Of a stretch of 32,000 bases of DNA, positions 18,998 to 26,651 are shown one piece after another. Numbering within the stretch: the first letter of the stretch is position 1; each line of letters begins with the position of its first letter. Under the pieces are notes generated by a model. It saw only the letters and a list, made by a program, of their open reading frames with translations. It was not told where the DNA came from and made no database searches. Made by a program: the position numbers and the translations under genes. The DNA is from Patescibacteria group bacterium (GTDB taxonomy: Bacteria; Patescibacteriota; Minisyncoccia; UBA6257; HR35), in the NCBI GenBank assembly GCA_023480925.1, contig JAMCWY010000003.1:13104-45103 (forward strand). The letters run 5' to 3'.

Positions 18998-19180
18998 ATG
19001 AGTTTAGTCAAATTAAATTTCGATACGAACAAACTGTTAAAAGAGTTTATCGTCGAGGCGGATCCGCCCAAATATAAACATAAGTTTGGTCATCTTATCG
19101 CTTCGTCTTTGTCCGGCTTTATCACCGGCGCCGGCGTAGCCAGTATAATTTGGTATGTTTTTATTCGGTTGCCGCGCTAA
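18998..19180 (+). CDS. Hypothetical small membrane protein.
   Basis: It is 60 aa long with a C-terminal TM segment (LSGFITGAGVASIIWYVFI). No family was recognised. Confidence 0.3.
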   Translation: MSLVKLNFDTNKLLKEFIVEADPPKYKHKFGHLIASSLSGFITGAGVASIIWYVFIRLPR

Positions 19181-19275
19181 AAAATTTTATTTGATTTAGC
19201 TGGCTTGAACAAGATGCGCTGATTTAAAATAAAATTTTTTATTTTTACTTAAATCGTTAATTTAAAATAAAAAAA

Positions 19276-20109
19276 ATGAATCTTCGGGAAATTTTAAAAA
19301 ATTTGAAACCGGGCCAGGCGATTTTGCATTATAACTTCGCCAGCCTCGAACAGTTCCACGCCGGGATTGAATCGGTCAAGGCGACGGGTTTGCCTTTACT
19401 TTTTGGCGTTTCCGAAGGCGAACGCGCTTATGTCGGCGAAGCGGCGGCAAAAACTTTGACGGCGGAAGCGCGAAAAGACTGGCCGGTTTTTCTTAACGCC
19501 GATCACACTAAGAGCGTTGAAAAAGCGGAACGAGTGATTAAACTTGATTACGATGAGATTTTGTTCGATGGTTCGCGTTTGGATTTTCAAGAAAATATTT
19601 TAGCGACAAAAAAGGTTGTCGGTCTCAGAGACGAGCGGGACAAAAATATTTTGATCGAGGGCGAGCTGGGTTTTTTGCCGGGCGAGTCGGAACTGGAGGG
19701 TAAGATTGAGATGAAGCCGGAGTATTTGACTCAGCCCGATCAGGCTCGGGCGTTTGTCGAGGCGACGGGCGTTGATTTATTAGCGCCTTCGGTCGGCAAC
19801 ATCCACGGTATTCCCGACCAAAAAATTATTATTGATTTCGATCGGATTAGAAAAATTAAAGCCCAAATCGGCGCGGTTGAAATTGTTTTGCACGGCGGTT
19901 CGGGTTTGACCGATGAAGATTTCCGGGCGGCAATCGAGGCCGGCGCTAAGATTATTCATCTGAACACCGAATTCCGAAAAATTTGGAAAGAAGAATTGAG
20001 CGCGCAGATAATTGAATCGACAATCACGCCTTACAAACTGATGGCGCCGGTCATTGAAAAAATCAAAGAGCGAATTGTTCATTATCAAAAACTTTTCTGG
20101 CAAATTTAA
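19276..20109 (+). CDS. Class II fructose/ketose-bisphosphate aldolase family protein.
   Basis: It shows NADHTKS, the metal-ligand context VGNIHG and LHGGSG. The 277-aa length matches the short class II type. Confidence 0.8.
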   Translation: MNLREILKNLKPGQAILHYNFASLEQFHAGIESVKATGLPLLFGVSEGERAYVGEAAAKTLTAEARKDWPVFLNADHTKSVEKAERVIKLDYDEILFDGSRLDFQENILATKKVVGLRDERDKNILIEGELGFLPGESELEGKIEMKPEYLTQPDQARAFVEATGVDLLAPSVGNIHGIPDQKIIIDFDRIRKIKAQIGAVEIVLHGGSGLTDEDFRAAIEAGAKIIHLNTEFRKIWKEELSAQIIESTITPYKLMAPVIEKIKERIVHYQKLFWQI

Positions 20110-20171
20110 TTCAATATTTGGTCAATCTTATTTTTGTCTTGAAATAAAAAATATTATTTTGGGTGGAGATG

Positions 20172-20199
20172 TTGAGAATTAAAATAATCAGATTATAAT
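20172..20199 (+). promoter_or_regulatory. Sigma70-type promoter for tRNA-Lys.
   Basis: TTGAGA (20172-20177) is separated by a 16-nt spacer from TATAAT (20194-20199). The -10 ends 9 nt before the mature tRNA 5' end. Confidence 0.5.
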
Positions 20200-20208
20200 A
20201 AAAATATC

Positions 20209-20281
20209 GCCCCCATAGCTCAATTGGCAGAGCAACAGCCTTTTAAGCTGGTGGTTGGAGGTTCGATTCCCCCTGGGGGCA
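20209..20281 (+). tRNA. tRNA-Lys (anticodon UUU), no encoded CCA.
   Basis: A hand-folded cloverleaf gives acceptor GCCCCCA/TGGGGGC, D arm GCTC/GAGC, anticodon stem ACAGC/GCTGG with loop CTTTTAA, a T arm with TTCGATT and discriminator A. Total length is 73 nt. Confidence 0.9.
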
Positions 20282-20282
20282 C

Positions 20283-20330
20283 AAAAACAGAACTCAACGT
20301 CTTTTTTAAAGCCGTTGAGTTCTGTTTTTG
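20283..20330 (+). terminator. Strong intrinsic terminator after tRNA-Lys.
   Basis: AAAAACAGAACTCAACG (20283-20299) pairs perfectly with CGTTGAGTTCTGTTTTT (20313-20329), followed by a T-run. Confidence 0.85.
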
Positions 20331-20375
20331 TGTATTTATTGTACTAAATTAGAACCTATTCTCAAAATCGGTGAA

Positions 20376-20800
20376 TGAATCAGCTCCACCACCGCTTCGC
20401 TCCGCTCGGCAACCTCGAAAGAAAAACACCCTTTCCTTTTTCATAAAAAATCGGGCGCGCGCAAATCAGAAATACAACAAGGAGTGTTTTTCTTTCGGGG
20501 GGGTCTGCCCTCTAAGTATTCGGGCAGTGCGACGGGGCTACAATGCGGGCGAGGCAAAGCAAAACTATTTTTGCGGGAGGAATACTCTTGGCGGAATTTA
20601 AAATGTCTTGGCGGGACTTGGCGGAAACGGGAACCCGAGCCAGCACAAAAGGCGTGGGCGAAGTCAATCTTTCTTCGAATTCAGAATTGTTGTCATTATG
20701 CCAAAAAGTTTGGACTTATTTCCAGTAGAATCCCAACTGATGCGCCACGCACGGAACGGAGCGCGCGGGGGAGAGGTTTGGGGAGGAATCCGTGCGGTCT
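20376..20800 (+). ncRNA. Candidate structured non-coding RNA or regulatory island of unknown family.
   Basis: My hand count of 20401-20820 gives about 50% G+C, with G in excess on the + strand. There is no credible ORF. Long-range complementary segments include a 17-bp helix between 20413-20429 and 20484-20500. The strand is assigned only from one G-U pair. See findings. Confidence 0.3.
20587..20624 (+). repeat. Three direct copies of CTTGGCGG with helical phasing.
   Basis: Copies lie at 20587-20594, 20607-20614 and 20617-20624. Start-to-start spacing is 20 nt and 10 nt. Confidence 0.8.
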
Positions 20801-20830
20801 TTCTGTTGGATTTTTTCAGTGGGGAGGGAG

Positions 20831-20839
20831 TGGTATAAT
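20831..20839 (+). promoter_or_regulatory. Extended -10 promoter element (TGgTATAAT) for the surface-protein operon.
   Basis: TG lies at 20831-20832 and TATAAT at 20834-20839, preceded by a T-run at 20811-20816. The first ATG downstream is at 20853. Confidence 0.5.
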
Positions 20840-20852
20840 GCTTGTATAAGAT

Positions 20853-20912
20853 ATGTATCTAAACTTTAGCCAAAACCAAGCGCGACACAAGAGAGAGAGA
20901 GAGAGAGAGTAA
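20853..20912 (+). CDS. A 19-codon ATG-initiated leader ORF that contains the (AG)10 tract. It is probably the out-of-frame 5' end of the downstream surface-protein gene.
   Basis: From ATG 20853 it encodes MYLNFSQNQARHKRERERE and stops at TAA 20910-20912. Removing 2 nt in the AG tract fuses it in frame to the ORF that is open from 20870 through 23704. Confidence 0.4.
   Translation: MYLNFSQNQARHKRERERE
20890..20909 (+). repeat. Perfect (AG)10 dinucleotide microsatellite.
   Basis: Read directly from the sequence as aGAGAGAGAGAGAGAGAGAGt. Confidence 0.95.
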
Positions 20913-20959
20913 AACGAGCCCGCAGGGTTTGCTTTAACGCCAAGCAATCTTTTGAGCTA

Positions 20960-23704
20960 TTGGTCATAGCCAGTTTTCTTTTGTTTCTTTCTTCTCTTTT
21001 ACCGCAAAAGGCGCAGGCTGCTAACTCGTGGCTTGGGAACTGGCAATATCGCGAACAAATTACTTTTAACAATTCTTCTTCAACCGAGAATTTGGTTAAT
21101 TTTCCGGTACTGGTCAAACTTGATTCAACCAGAATCAATTACGCCAATACTCAAAACGCGGGCCAAGACATCAGATTTACCGACTCTGACGGAACAACAC
21201 TTTTACCTTATGAAATAGAAAAATGGGATAGCACAGGTACCTCTACTATCTGGGTCGAAATTCCTCAAATAAATGCTTCTTCAAGCACGGATTATATCTA
21301 TATGTACTATGGCAACACCTCTGCCATAGATGGCCAAAATAAAACTGCGGTGTGGAATTCAAATTATGTCTTGGTTCAGCACTTAGGAGAAACATCCGGT
21401 ACCACAACATTTGATTCAACTGCTAATGCAAATAATGGTACAAAAGTTTCGGCTACCGACCCAAATCCTTCTTCATTGGGACAGATAGACGGGGCTCAAA
21501 GTTTCAATGGAGTAAACGATTTTATAAAAATTGACAACAATGCAAATATTGACAACATTACAGTAATAACTGTTAGCGCATGGGTGAAGACTAACAATAC
21601 AACTAGCCAAGCTATTTGGACATCGTATGGAGCACCACATGGATATCAACTTTGGTTGCAAGCGGGACAGGTAGCTATGTGGAGTGACAGCGGAACGGTA
21701 AATTCAGGTGTTTTTGTGGCTGATGGACAATGGCATTATATAGTCGGAGTTTTCGATGGTACAAATGTGTATATTTATGTTGATGGTACACAAAGAGCTT
21801 CCGGCGCAGGAACAGTCACAGCGAATACCGGAAACAATCAAATTGGAAACCAATGTGTTGGTGCAGGATATACTTCCTGCTCTTTGTACATGAACGGCCT
21901 AATTGATGAGCTTCATATCTCAAACACTGTCCGTTCAGCCGCTTGGATTGCGGCAAGTTATAAATCAGAAACAGATAATTTTAACACTTTTGGCGCTGAA
22001 GAATTAAGGCCAAACTCTCCGCCAAACACACCGATTAATTCTTCGCCTACGAATGGTGCCACTCTCCAATTACTTACTCCGACTTTAACCGCATCGGCGT
22101 TTTCCGATCCGGACGCAAGCGATACTAATGCGGCAAGCAACTGGCAGGTTGACGACAACTCTAATTTTCTTTTCCCGGAATGGACGCGAACCAGCACAAG
22201 CGGCGAAACATCCACCACGGTCAATGCCGCCAACGGTGTTTTTGCCAACAGCTTAGCCGGGAAAAGCGAACTGGCGCATAACACGGTTTATTACTGGCGG
22301 GTGCGCTACCAAGATTCGTCTGGTGCGCTTAATAGCTGGTCGTCATATTCAACTAGTACTACCTTCACCACCAATCTTATACATACGCCGACCAATTCCT
22401 CGCCGGCAAATGGTATAACGATTACTACCTTGACTCCAACGCTTTCCGCCTCGGCTTTTTCCGATGATGAACCAGGGCATACGCAAAGCGCGAGCGAATG
22501 GCAAATTGATAATGATATAAATTTTGCCAGTCCTGAATATGATTCCGGCGCCACATCTAGTCTTACCTCGCTAACAGTTCCTTCCGGAGCACTACTTAAC
22601 GGTTCTCATTATTTCCAGGTTCGATATCAGGATTCCGGAGGCCAATGGTCTTCTTATTCTGCTCCTACCTCGTTTTATATTGACACTGATACCGGAGAAT
22701 ATCTCCTGCAGCCAGTTGGCTGGAATCAAACTTACAATCTCGGCGACACGGCGCGTTTTACTCTTCAAGTGCTTGCGAGAGATGCAAATGGCGGATTTGA
22801 TCCAGTAACTCCGGACAGCATACCAATCTGGCGTTTGCGCTATTGGGACGGCGCCACTTGGCAGGAATTGGTTTCGGCAACTAGTATGACTCCTCTTGCC
22901 GCGTCGAGCACTTATGAAGCGACCTATGTCATCCCCAGCGATGCTGCTTGGACTGGCAGGGAAGTAACGCCGATGTTCTACGCGACCGTAAACGACGTGC
23001 CGACATCATTGACGCGTGAAATTGAAATTGTCAGTTCCCCGGCGCAAGTGGTGATTAATAACATCACTAACAATACTGTTCCTAATATCACCGCTAATAT
23101 TACAATTACAAACGAAGGCACCGCCGCTTTTGAATACACCTACGACTATTGCGTTGTTGTTTCTATTATTGACCAGTGTGGCGGCGCTGGTAACATCGCT
23201 TACAGTTCAGCGGCTAAATTAATCCAGCCGAGTCAAAACTTTATTACCAATCTAACGCTCAATGTGCCAAATCCAGGCAATTATTTTTTTAAAACCTCGG
23301 TTTGGTGGTCAAATAAAAGTTCAAACGCAAGCCGGTCTTTTACGGCGGCCGCGGCGGCTACTTCTAGTCCTTCTTCGAATAGTAGCTCCGTCGGTGGGGG
23401 CGGAGGCGGCGGCGGAACCGTTTGGAGCGGCAATTTGACGGCATCTAGCTCCAGCCAGGTGACTAATTCAGCCGGTTCAACTAATTCGTCTTTTGTCGCC
23501 GTCTGGGAAGCGATCTACACTTTTTCTCAACGTTTAAATAGGCTTGAAAACCGCGTTGATGTTCTTGAAAGCAAGATAAAAAAATTGGAAAATATCAATC
23601 AGTCAAATTATTCTTCGGTTTATCAACCGCAACCAAGTTATGTCCCGTCGTCTCAACCAACTCTGCCCAAGATCAATCATATATTTAGAATTAGACTGAA
23701 TTAG
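20960..23704 (+). CDS. Large secreted surface protein. Its parts are a signal peptide, DUF2341-like and LamG/concanavalin-like domains, two Fn3-like modules, a beta-rich region, a Ser/Ala/Gly linker with a G8 run, and a coiled-coil tail.
   Basis: With TTG 20960 the N-terminus is MVIASFLLFLSSLLPQKAQA/ANSW. The DUF2341-type pattern is WQYREQITFNN...NFPVLVKL...DIRFTD.DGT.LPYEIEKWD...IWVEIP...IYMYYGN. The LamG pattern is DGQWHYIVGVFDG.NVYIYVDG...GLIDELHISN..RSAAWI. The true start may be ATG 20853 after AG-tract slippage. Confidence 0.75.
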   Translation: MVIASFLLFLSSLLPQKAQAANSWLGNWQYREQITFNNSSSTENLVNFPVLVKLDSTRINYANTQNAGQDIRFTDSDGTTLLPYEIEKWDSTGTSTIWVEIPQINASSSTDYIYMYYGNTSAIDGQNKTAVWNSNYVLVQHLGETSGTTTFDSTANANNGTKVSATDPNPSSLGQIDGAQSFNGVNDFIKIDNNANIDNITVITVSAWVKTNNTTSQAIWTSYGAPHGYQLWLQAGQVAMWSDSGTVNSGVFVADGQWHYIVGVFDGTNVYIYVDGTQRASGAGTVTANTGNNQIGNQCVGAGYTSCSLYMNGLIDELHISNTVRSAAWIAASYKSETDNFNTFGAEELRPNSPPNTPINSSPTNGATLQLLTPTLTASAFSDPDASDTNAASNWQVDDNSNFLFPEWTRTSTSGETSTTVNAANGVFANSLAGKSELAHNTVYYWRVRYQDSSGALNSWSSYSTSTTFTTNLIHTPTNSSPANGITITTLTPTLSASAFSDDEPGHTQSASEWQIDNDINFASPEYDSGATSSLTSLTVPSGALLNGSHYFQVRYQDSGGQWSSYSAPTSFYIDTDTGEYLLQPVGWNQTYNLGDTARFTLQVLARDANGGFDPVTPDSIPIWRLRYWDGATWQELVSATSMTPLAASSTYEATYVIPSDAAWTGREVTPMFYATVNDVPTSLTREIEIVSSPAQVVINNITNNTVPNITANITITNEGTAAFEYTYDYCVVVSIIDQCGGAGNIAYSSAAKLIQPSQNFITNLTLNVPNPGNYFFKTSVWWSNKSSNASRSFTAAAAATSSPSSNSSSVGGGGGGGGTVWSGNLTASSSSQVTNSAGSTNSSFVAVWEAIYTFSQRLNRLENRVDVLESKIKKLENINQSNYSSVYQPQPSYVPSSQPTLPKINHIFRIRLN
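22028..22680 (+). repeat. Tandem duplication of an Fn3/Ig-like module inside the surface-protein CDS.
   Basis: Unit 1 starts TPINSSPTNGATLQLLTPTLTASAFSD...YYWRVRYQDSSG..NSWSSYS. Unit 2, starting at 22385, reads TPTNSSPANGITITTLTPTLSASAFSD...HYFQVRYQDSGGQWSSYS. The repeat is diverged at the DNA level. Confidence 0.65.
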
Positions 23705-23706
23705 AG

Positions 23707-24138
23707 ATGAAAAAATTTATCGGTTCAGTTTTTAAACTAAAATTAAACGATGTCGTTATTTTGTTTTTATTGTTTGCGTTGGTTCTAAGTAATTTGATTT
23801 TGACTATTCAGGTTTTTGAAAATTTAAATGAAATTAAATTCATTCAGGCGAACTTGAATCAAGTTAAAAAAAATAACCAGATTTTAGAATTCGATCGGAT
23901 TCGAGTTGAAGACGCGGCCAATATTCTTTTGGCGATTCAGGATTATTACTACTCGAATCAGGCCTTTCCTAATAATCTCGAAGAATTAAAAAAACAAGGC
24001 TACCTTGATTCAAAAGCGGAGTTATCAGATCCTCAAACGCACAAATATTATTTTTATAAAAATCGCGGTAACGATTTTGTCTTTTGCGTTTGGTTGTCCG
24101 ACAAAGTTAAGGGCGTTAACGTCAGCGCTTGTCACTAA
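23707..24138 (+). CDS. Membrane-anchored protein with a type IV pilin/pseudopilin-like globular domain.
   Basis: It has an N-terminal TM helix (VVILFLLFALVLSNLILTI). The following AANILLAIQDYYYSNQAFPNNLEEL...LSDPQTHKYYFYK...FVFCVWL matches the common pilin-fold pattern (YP..L..L....DP....Y.Y). No G/FTLIE prepilin cleavage motif is present. It starts 3 nt after the upstream stop. Confidence 0.5.
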   Translation: MKKFIGSVFKLKLNDVVILFLLFALVLSNLILTIQVFENLNEIKFIQANLNQVKKNNQILEFDRIRVEDAANILLAIQDYYYSNQAFPNNLEELKKQGYLDSKAELSDPQTHKYYFYKNRGNDFVFCVWLSDKVKGVNVSACH

Positions 24139-24171
24139 TTAGACGAGAACCAGATAAGACGTACGCTAATC

Positions 24172-24199
24172 TTGACTTTTGCGATTTATCCCTTAAAAT
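24172..24199 (+). promoter_or_regulatory. Sigma70-type promoter upstream of tuf.
   Basis: TTGACT (24172-24177) is separated by a 16-nt spacer from TAAAAT (24194-24199). Confidence 0.45.
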
Positions 24200-24299
24200 T
24201 AAAGGTAGAATTTAAATATAAGTTTTTGCCGGATTTTTAACGAAAAACGGTTAGAGTCGTTTTAATTTAGTCAATAAAATTAATTAAAGATAAAATAAA

Positions 24300-25499
24300 A
24301 TGGCAGCAGAAAAATTTGATCGGACAAAAGAACATTTGAACGTCGGCACTATTGGTCATATTGACCATGGCAAGACAACATTAACCGCCGCGATTCAAAA
24401 TGTTTTAAAACTTAAAGGATTGGTTTCAAAGGCTGAAACGGTCGCTCAGATTGACAACGCACCCGAAGAAAAAGCTCGAGGTATTACGATTAATATCCAT
24501 CACTCCGAATACGAAACGGAAAAAAGACACTACGCTCACATTGACGCGCCCGGCCACGCCGATTACATTAAGAACATGATTGTCGGCGCCGCTCAGATGG
24601 ACGGAGCGATTTTGGTTGTCGCCGCAAACGATGGCGTGATGCAACAAACGCGCGAACACGTTTTGTTGGCCAAACAGGTTAACGTTCCTTCAATCATTGT
24701 TTTTATTAACAAGGTTGACATGGTTTCGGACAAAGAATTGATTGAGTTAGTTGAGGAAGATGTTCGGACCTTGCTGAAAAAATACGGCTATCCGGGCGAT
24801 GACGTGCCAGTGATCAAGGGTTCGGCCTTGAAAGCCTTGGAGGCAAAAACGGTTGATGACGAGTGGGCCAAACCGATTTTGGAGTTGCTTAATTCTTTGG
24901 ACGATTATATTCCTTCGCCGGTTCGACAAAATGACAAACCGTTTTTGATGCCGGTCGAAGATGTTTTTTCAATCGAGGGCCGCGGCACGGTTGTGACAGG
25001 CCGGGTTGAAAGGGGAATTTTGAAAGTAAACGAAGAAGTTGAAATCGTCGGTTTGCGCGAAAGTCCGTTTAAAACCGTGGCAACTGGCTTAGAAATGTTT
25101 CATAAGTCTTTGGACGAAGCCAGACCGGGTGATAATGTCGGCGTTTTGATTCGAGGAACGAAAAAAGAAGAAGTTGAGCGTGGAATGGTTTTAGCCAAAC
25201 CCGGTACGATCACGCCCCACACGGAATTTGAATCTGAGGTTTATGTTTTAACGACCGAAGAAGGCGGCCGACACACGCCGTTTGTTTCCGGCTATAAGCC
25301 GCAATTCTATTTCAGAACGACCGATGTGACCGGCGAGATTACTTTGGCTGATGGAATTGAGGCGGTTATGCCCGGTGATAATGCCGTTTTCAAAGTTAAA
25401 TTGATTTATCCGATCGCGCTCGAAGAAGGTTTGAGATTTGCCATTCGTGAAGGCGGTCGAACCGTTGGAGCGGGTGTCGTGACAAAAGTGGTTAAGTAA
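24300..25499 (+). CDS. tuf: Elongation factor Tu.
   Basis: It carries [18 protein letters not shown] and NKVD, and is 399 aa long. Confidence 0.98.
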   Translation: MAAEKFDRTKEHLNVGTIGHIDHGKTTLTAAIQNVLKLKGLVSKAETVAQIDNAPEEKARGITINIHHSEYETEKRHYAHIDAPGHADYIKNMIVGAAQMDGAILVVAANDGVMQQTREHVLLAKQVNVPSIIVFINKVDMVSDKELIELVEEDVRTLLKKYGYPGDDVPVIKGSALKALEAKTVDDEWAKPILELLNSLDDYIPSPVRQNDKPFLMPVEDVFSIEGRGTVVTGRVERGILKVNEEVEIVGLRESPFKTVATGLEMFHKSLDEARPGDNVGVLIRGTKKEEVERGMVLAKPGTITPHTEFESEVYVLTTEEGGRHTPFVSGYKPQFYFRTTDVTGEITLADGIEAVMPGDNAVFKVKLIYPIALEEGLRFAIREGGRTVGAGVVTKVVK

Positions 25500-25588
25500 T
25501 AAAATTTAATTTGAATTAAAATATAATTTTGGTTTAGCGTTATAAACAAAGCAATCGTGTTATTATTTGATTAGAATTTTATTTTTTG

Positions 25589-25912
25589 ATGACTCAGCAA
25601 AAAACTCAAAGCAAACTTAGAATCAGATTGAAATCTTTCGATTCAAAATTAATTGACAAGTATGTGGTTCAATTGATTGACTTGTTGACGAAGTCCGGCG
25701 TTCAAGTTCGCGGACCGGTGCCTTTACCAACGGAAATTAAAAGGTACACGGTTAATCGGGCAGCTTTTATTTATAACGACAGCCGCGAACAGTTTGAGAT
25801 GAGAATTCACAAAAGATTGATCGATGTGATCAACCCGACTCAGAGAGTGACGGAAATTTTTTCCGGTCTTGATTTGCCTGCCGGAGTCGAGGTTGAAATT
25901 AAGATGAGCTAA
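25589..25912 (+). CDS. rpsJ: 30S ribosomal protein S10.
   Basis: It has the KLRIRLKSFD...LPTEIKRYTVNRAAFIYNDSREQFEMRIHKRLIDV pattern. ATG 25589 is preferred over TTG 25586. Confidence 0.95.
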   Translation: MTQQKTQSKLRIRLKSFDSKLIDKYVVQLIDLLTKSGVQVRGPVPLPTEIKRYTVNRAAFIYNDSREQFEMRIHKRLIDVINPTQRVTEIFSGLDLPAGVEVEIKMS

Positions 25913-25958
25913 AATTTTATAGGCTTTTCGGTTGATTAAGCCAAAAGTCAGAAGCGTG

Positions 25959-26636
25959 ATGGCTAAATTTATCTTGGGAGAAAAATTAGGTTCAACTCAG
26001 ATATTTCAAGATAACAAGATAATTCCGGTTTCGGTTATTCAAACCAGGCCTTGTCTTGTTACTGGGGTGAAAACAAAAACGAACGGCGTCGGTTATTCGG
26101 CCGTTCAGCTCGGTTTTGGCGATAAAAAAAAGATCAAGAAGCCAATTTTGGGTCAAGTTAAAAAACTCGGACGATTTAAACTGATCCGGGAATTTCGTTT
26201 AAGTGATCAAAGTGAGATGGGCGATTATAAGATTGGAGACGATGTCAAAGCCGATATTTTTTTGGTTGGTGAAAAAGTTAATGTTTCAAGCGTGAGCAAA
26301 GCTAAGGGTTTTCAGGGCGTGGTTAAACGTCACGGATTTCGCGACGCGCCCCGAACTCATGGTCAAGGGACAAAGTATCGTCACCCCGGTTCGATTGGCG
26401 CGACGACGCCTCAGCGAGTGATCAAAGGCAAGAAGATGGCTGGTCGGATGGGCGGCGAACGAGTGACAGTTAGAAATCTCGAGGTGGTTGAAATTGATCC
26501 GGAAAACAATTTAATTATGGTTCGAGGAGCGATCCCCGGCCACCGTAATAGTTTGGTTGAAATTCGGAACGCGAGCTTGACCAATCACGGTCGAGAAAGA
26601 TTATCGAAAAAGATAAAGAATAACCCGAGGGCTTAG
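25959..26636 (+). CDS. rplC: 50S ribosomal protein L3.
   Basis: It begins MAKFILGEKLGSTQIF, the typical L3 N-terminus, and contains FQGVVKRHGF. The upstream TTG 25932 would add 9 atypical residues. Confidence 0.9.
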   Translation: MAKFILGEKLGSTQIFQDNKIIPVSVIQTRPCLVTGVKTKTNGVGYSAVQLGFGDKKKIKKPILGQVKKLGRFKLIREFRLSDQSEMGDYKIGDDVKADIFLVGEKVNVSSVSKAKGFQGVVKRHGFRDAPRTHGQGTKYRHPGSIGATTPQRVIKGKKMAGRMGGERVTVRNLEVVEIDPENNLIMVRGAIPGHRNSLVEIRNASLTNHGRERLSKKIKNNPRA

Positions 26637-26651
26637 CCACGGAAGAAAAAA

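Noticed and set aside
20376-20395. There are tmRNA-like strings. The + strand has CTCCACCA, and the minus strand GGAGCTGATTCATTCACCGATTTT resembles the tmRNA 5' end GGGGCUGAUUCUGGAUUCGAC.
   Set aside because: No T-arm (GGTTCGA-type) precedes the CCA-like end, and no tag ORF ending in ALAA-like codons is present. On the minus strand only about 50 nt remain before the tRNA-Lys terminator. The resemblance is judged coincidental.
20534-20560. GGGGCTACAATGCGGG resembles the conserved 16S rRNA GCTACAATGG segment.
   Set aside because: The flanking sequence does not continue the 16S consensus, so this is an isolated 9-10 nt match.
20371-20849. Four + strand ORFs (76, 121, 61 and 76 aa) overlap each other in all three frames.
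   Set aside because: The translations are low-complexity Arg/Gly/Lys strings with no recognisable domain. Overlap in all three frames points to stop-codon depletion from G-rich composition, not coding. The region is treated as non-coding.
20260-24140. The possibility of a genomic island integrated at tRNA-Lys, with an att direct repeat of the tRNA 3' end, was considered.
   Set aside because: I found no second copy of the tRNA 3' segment (GGTTCGATTCCCCCTGGGGGCA or a long part of it) downstream. No integrase or recombinase gene is present.
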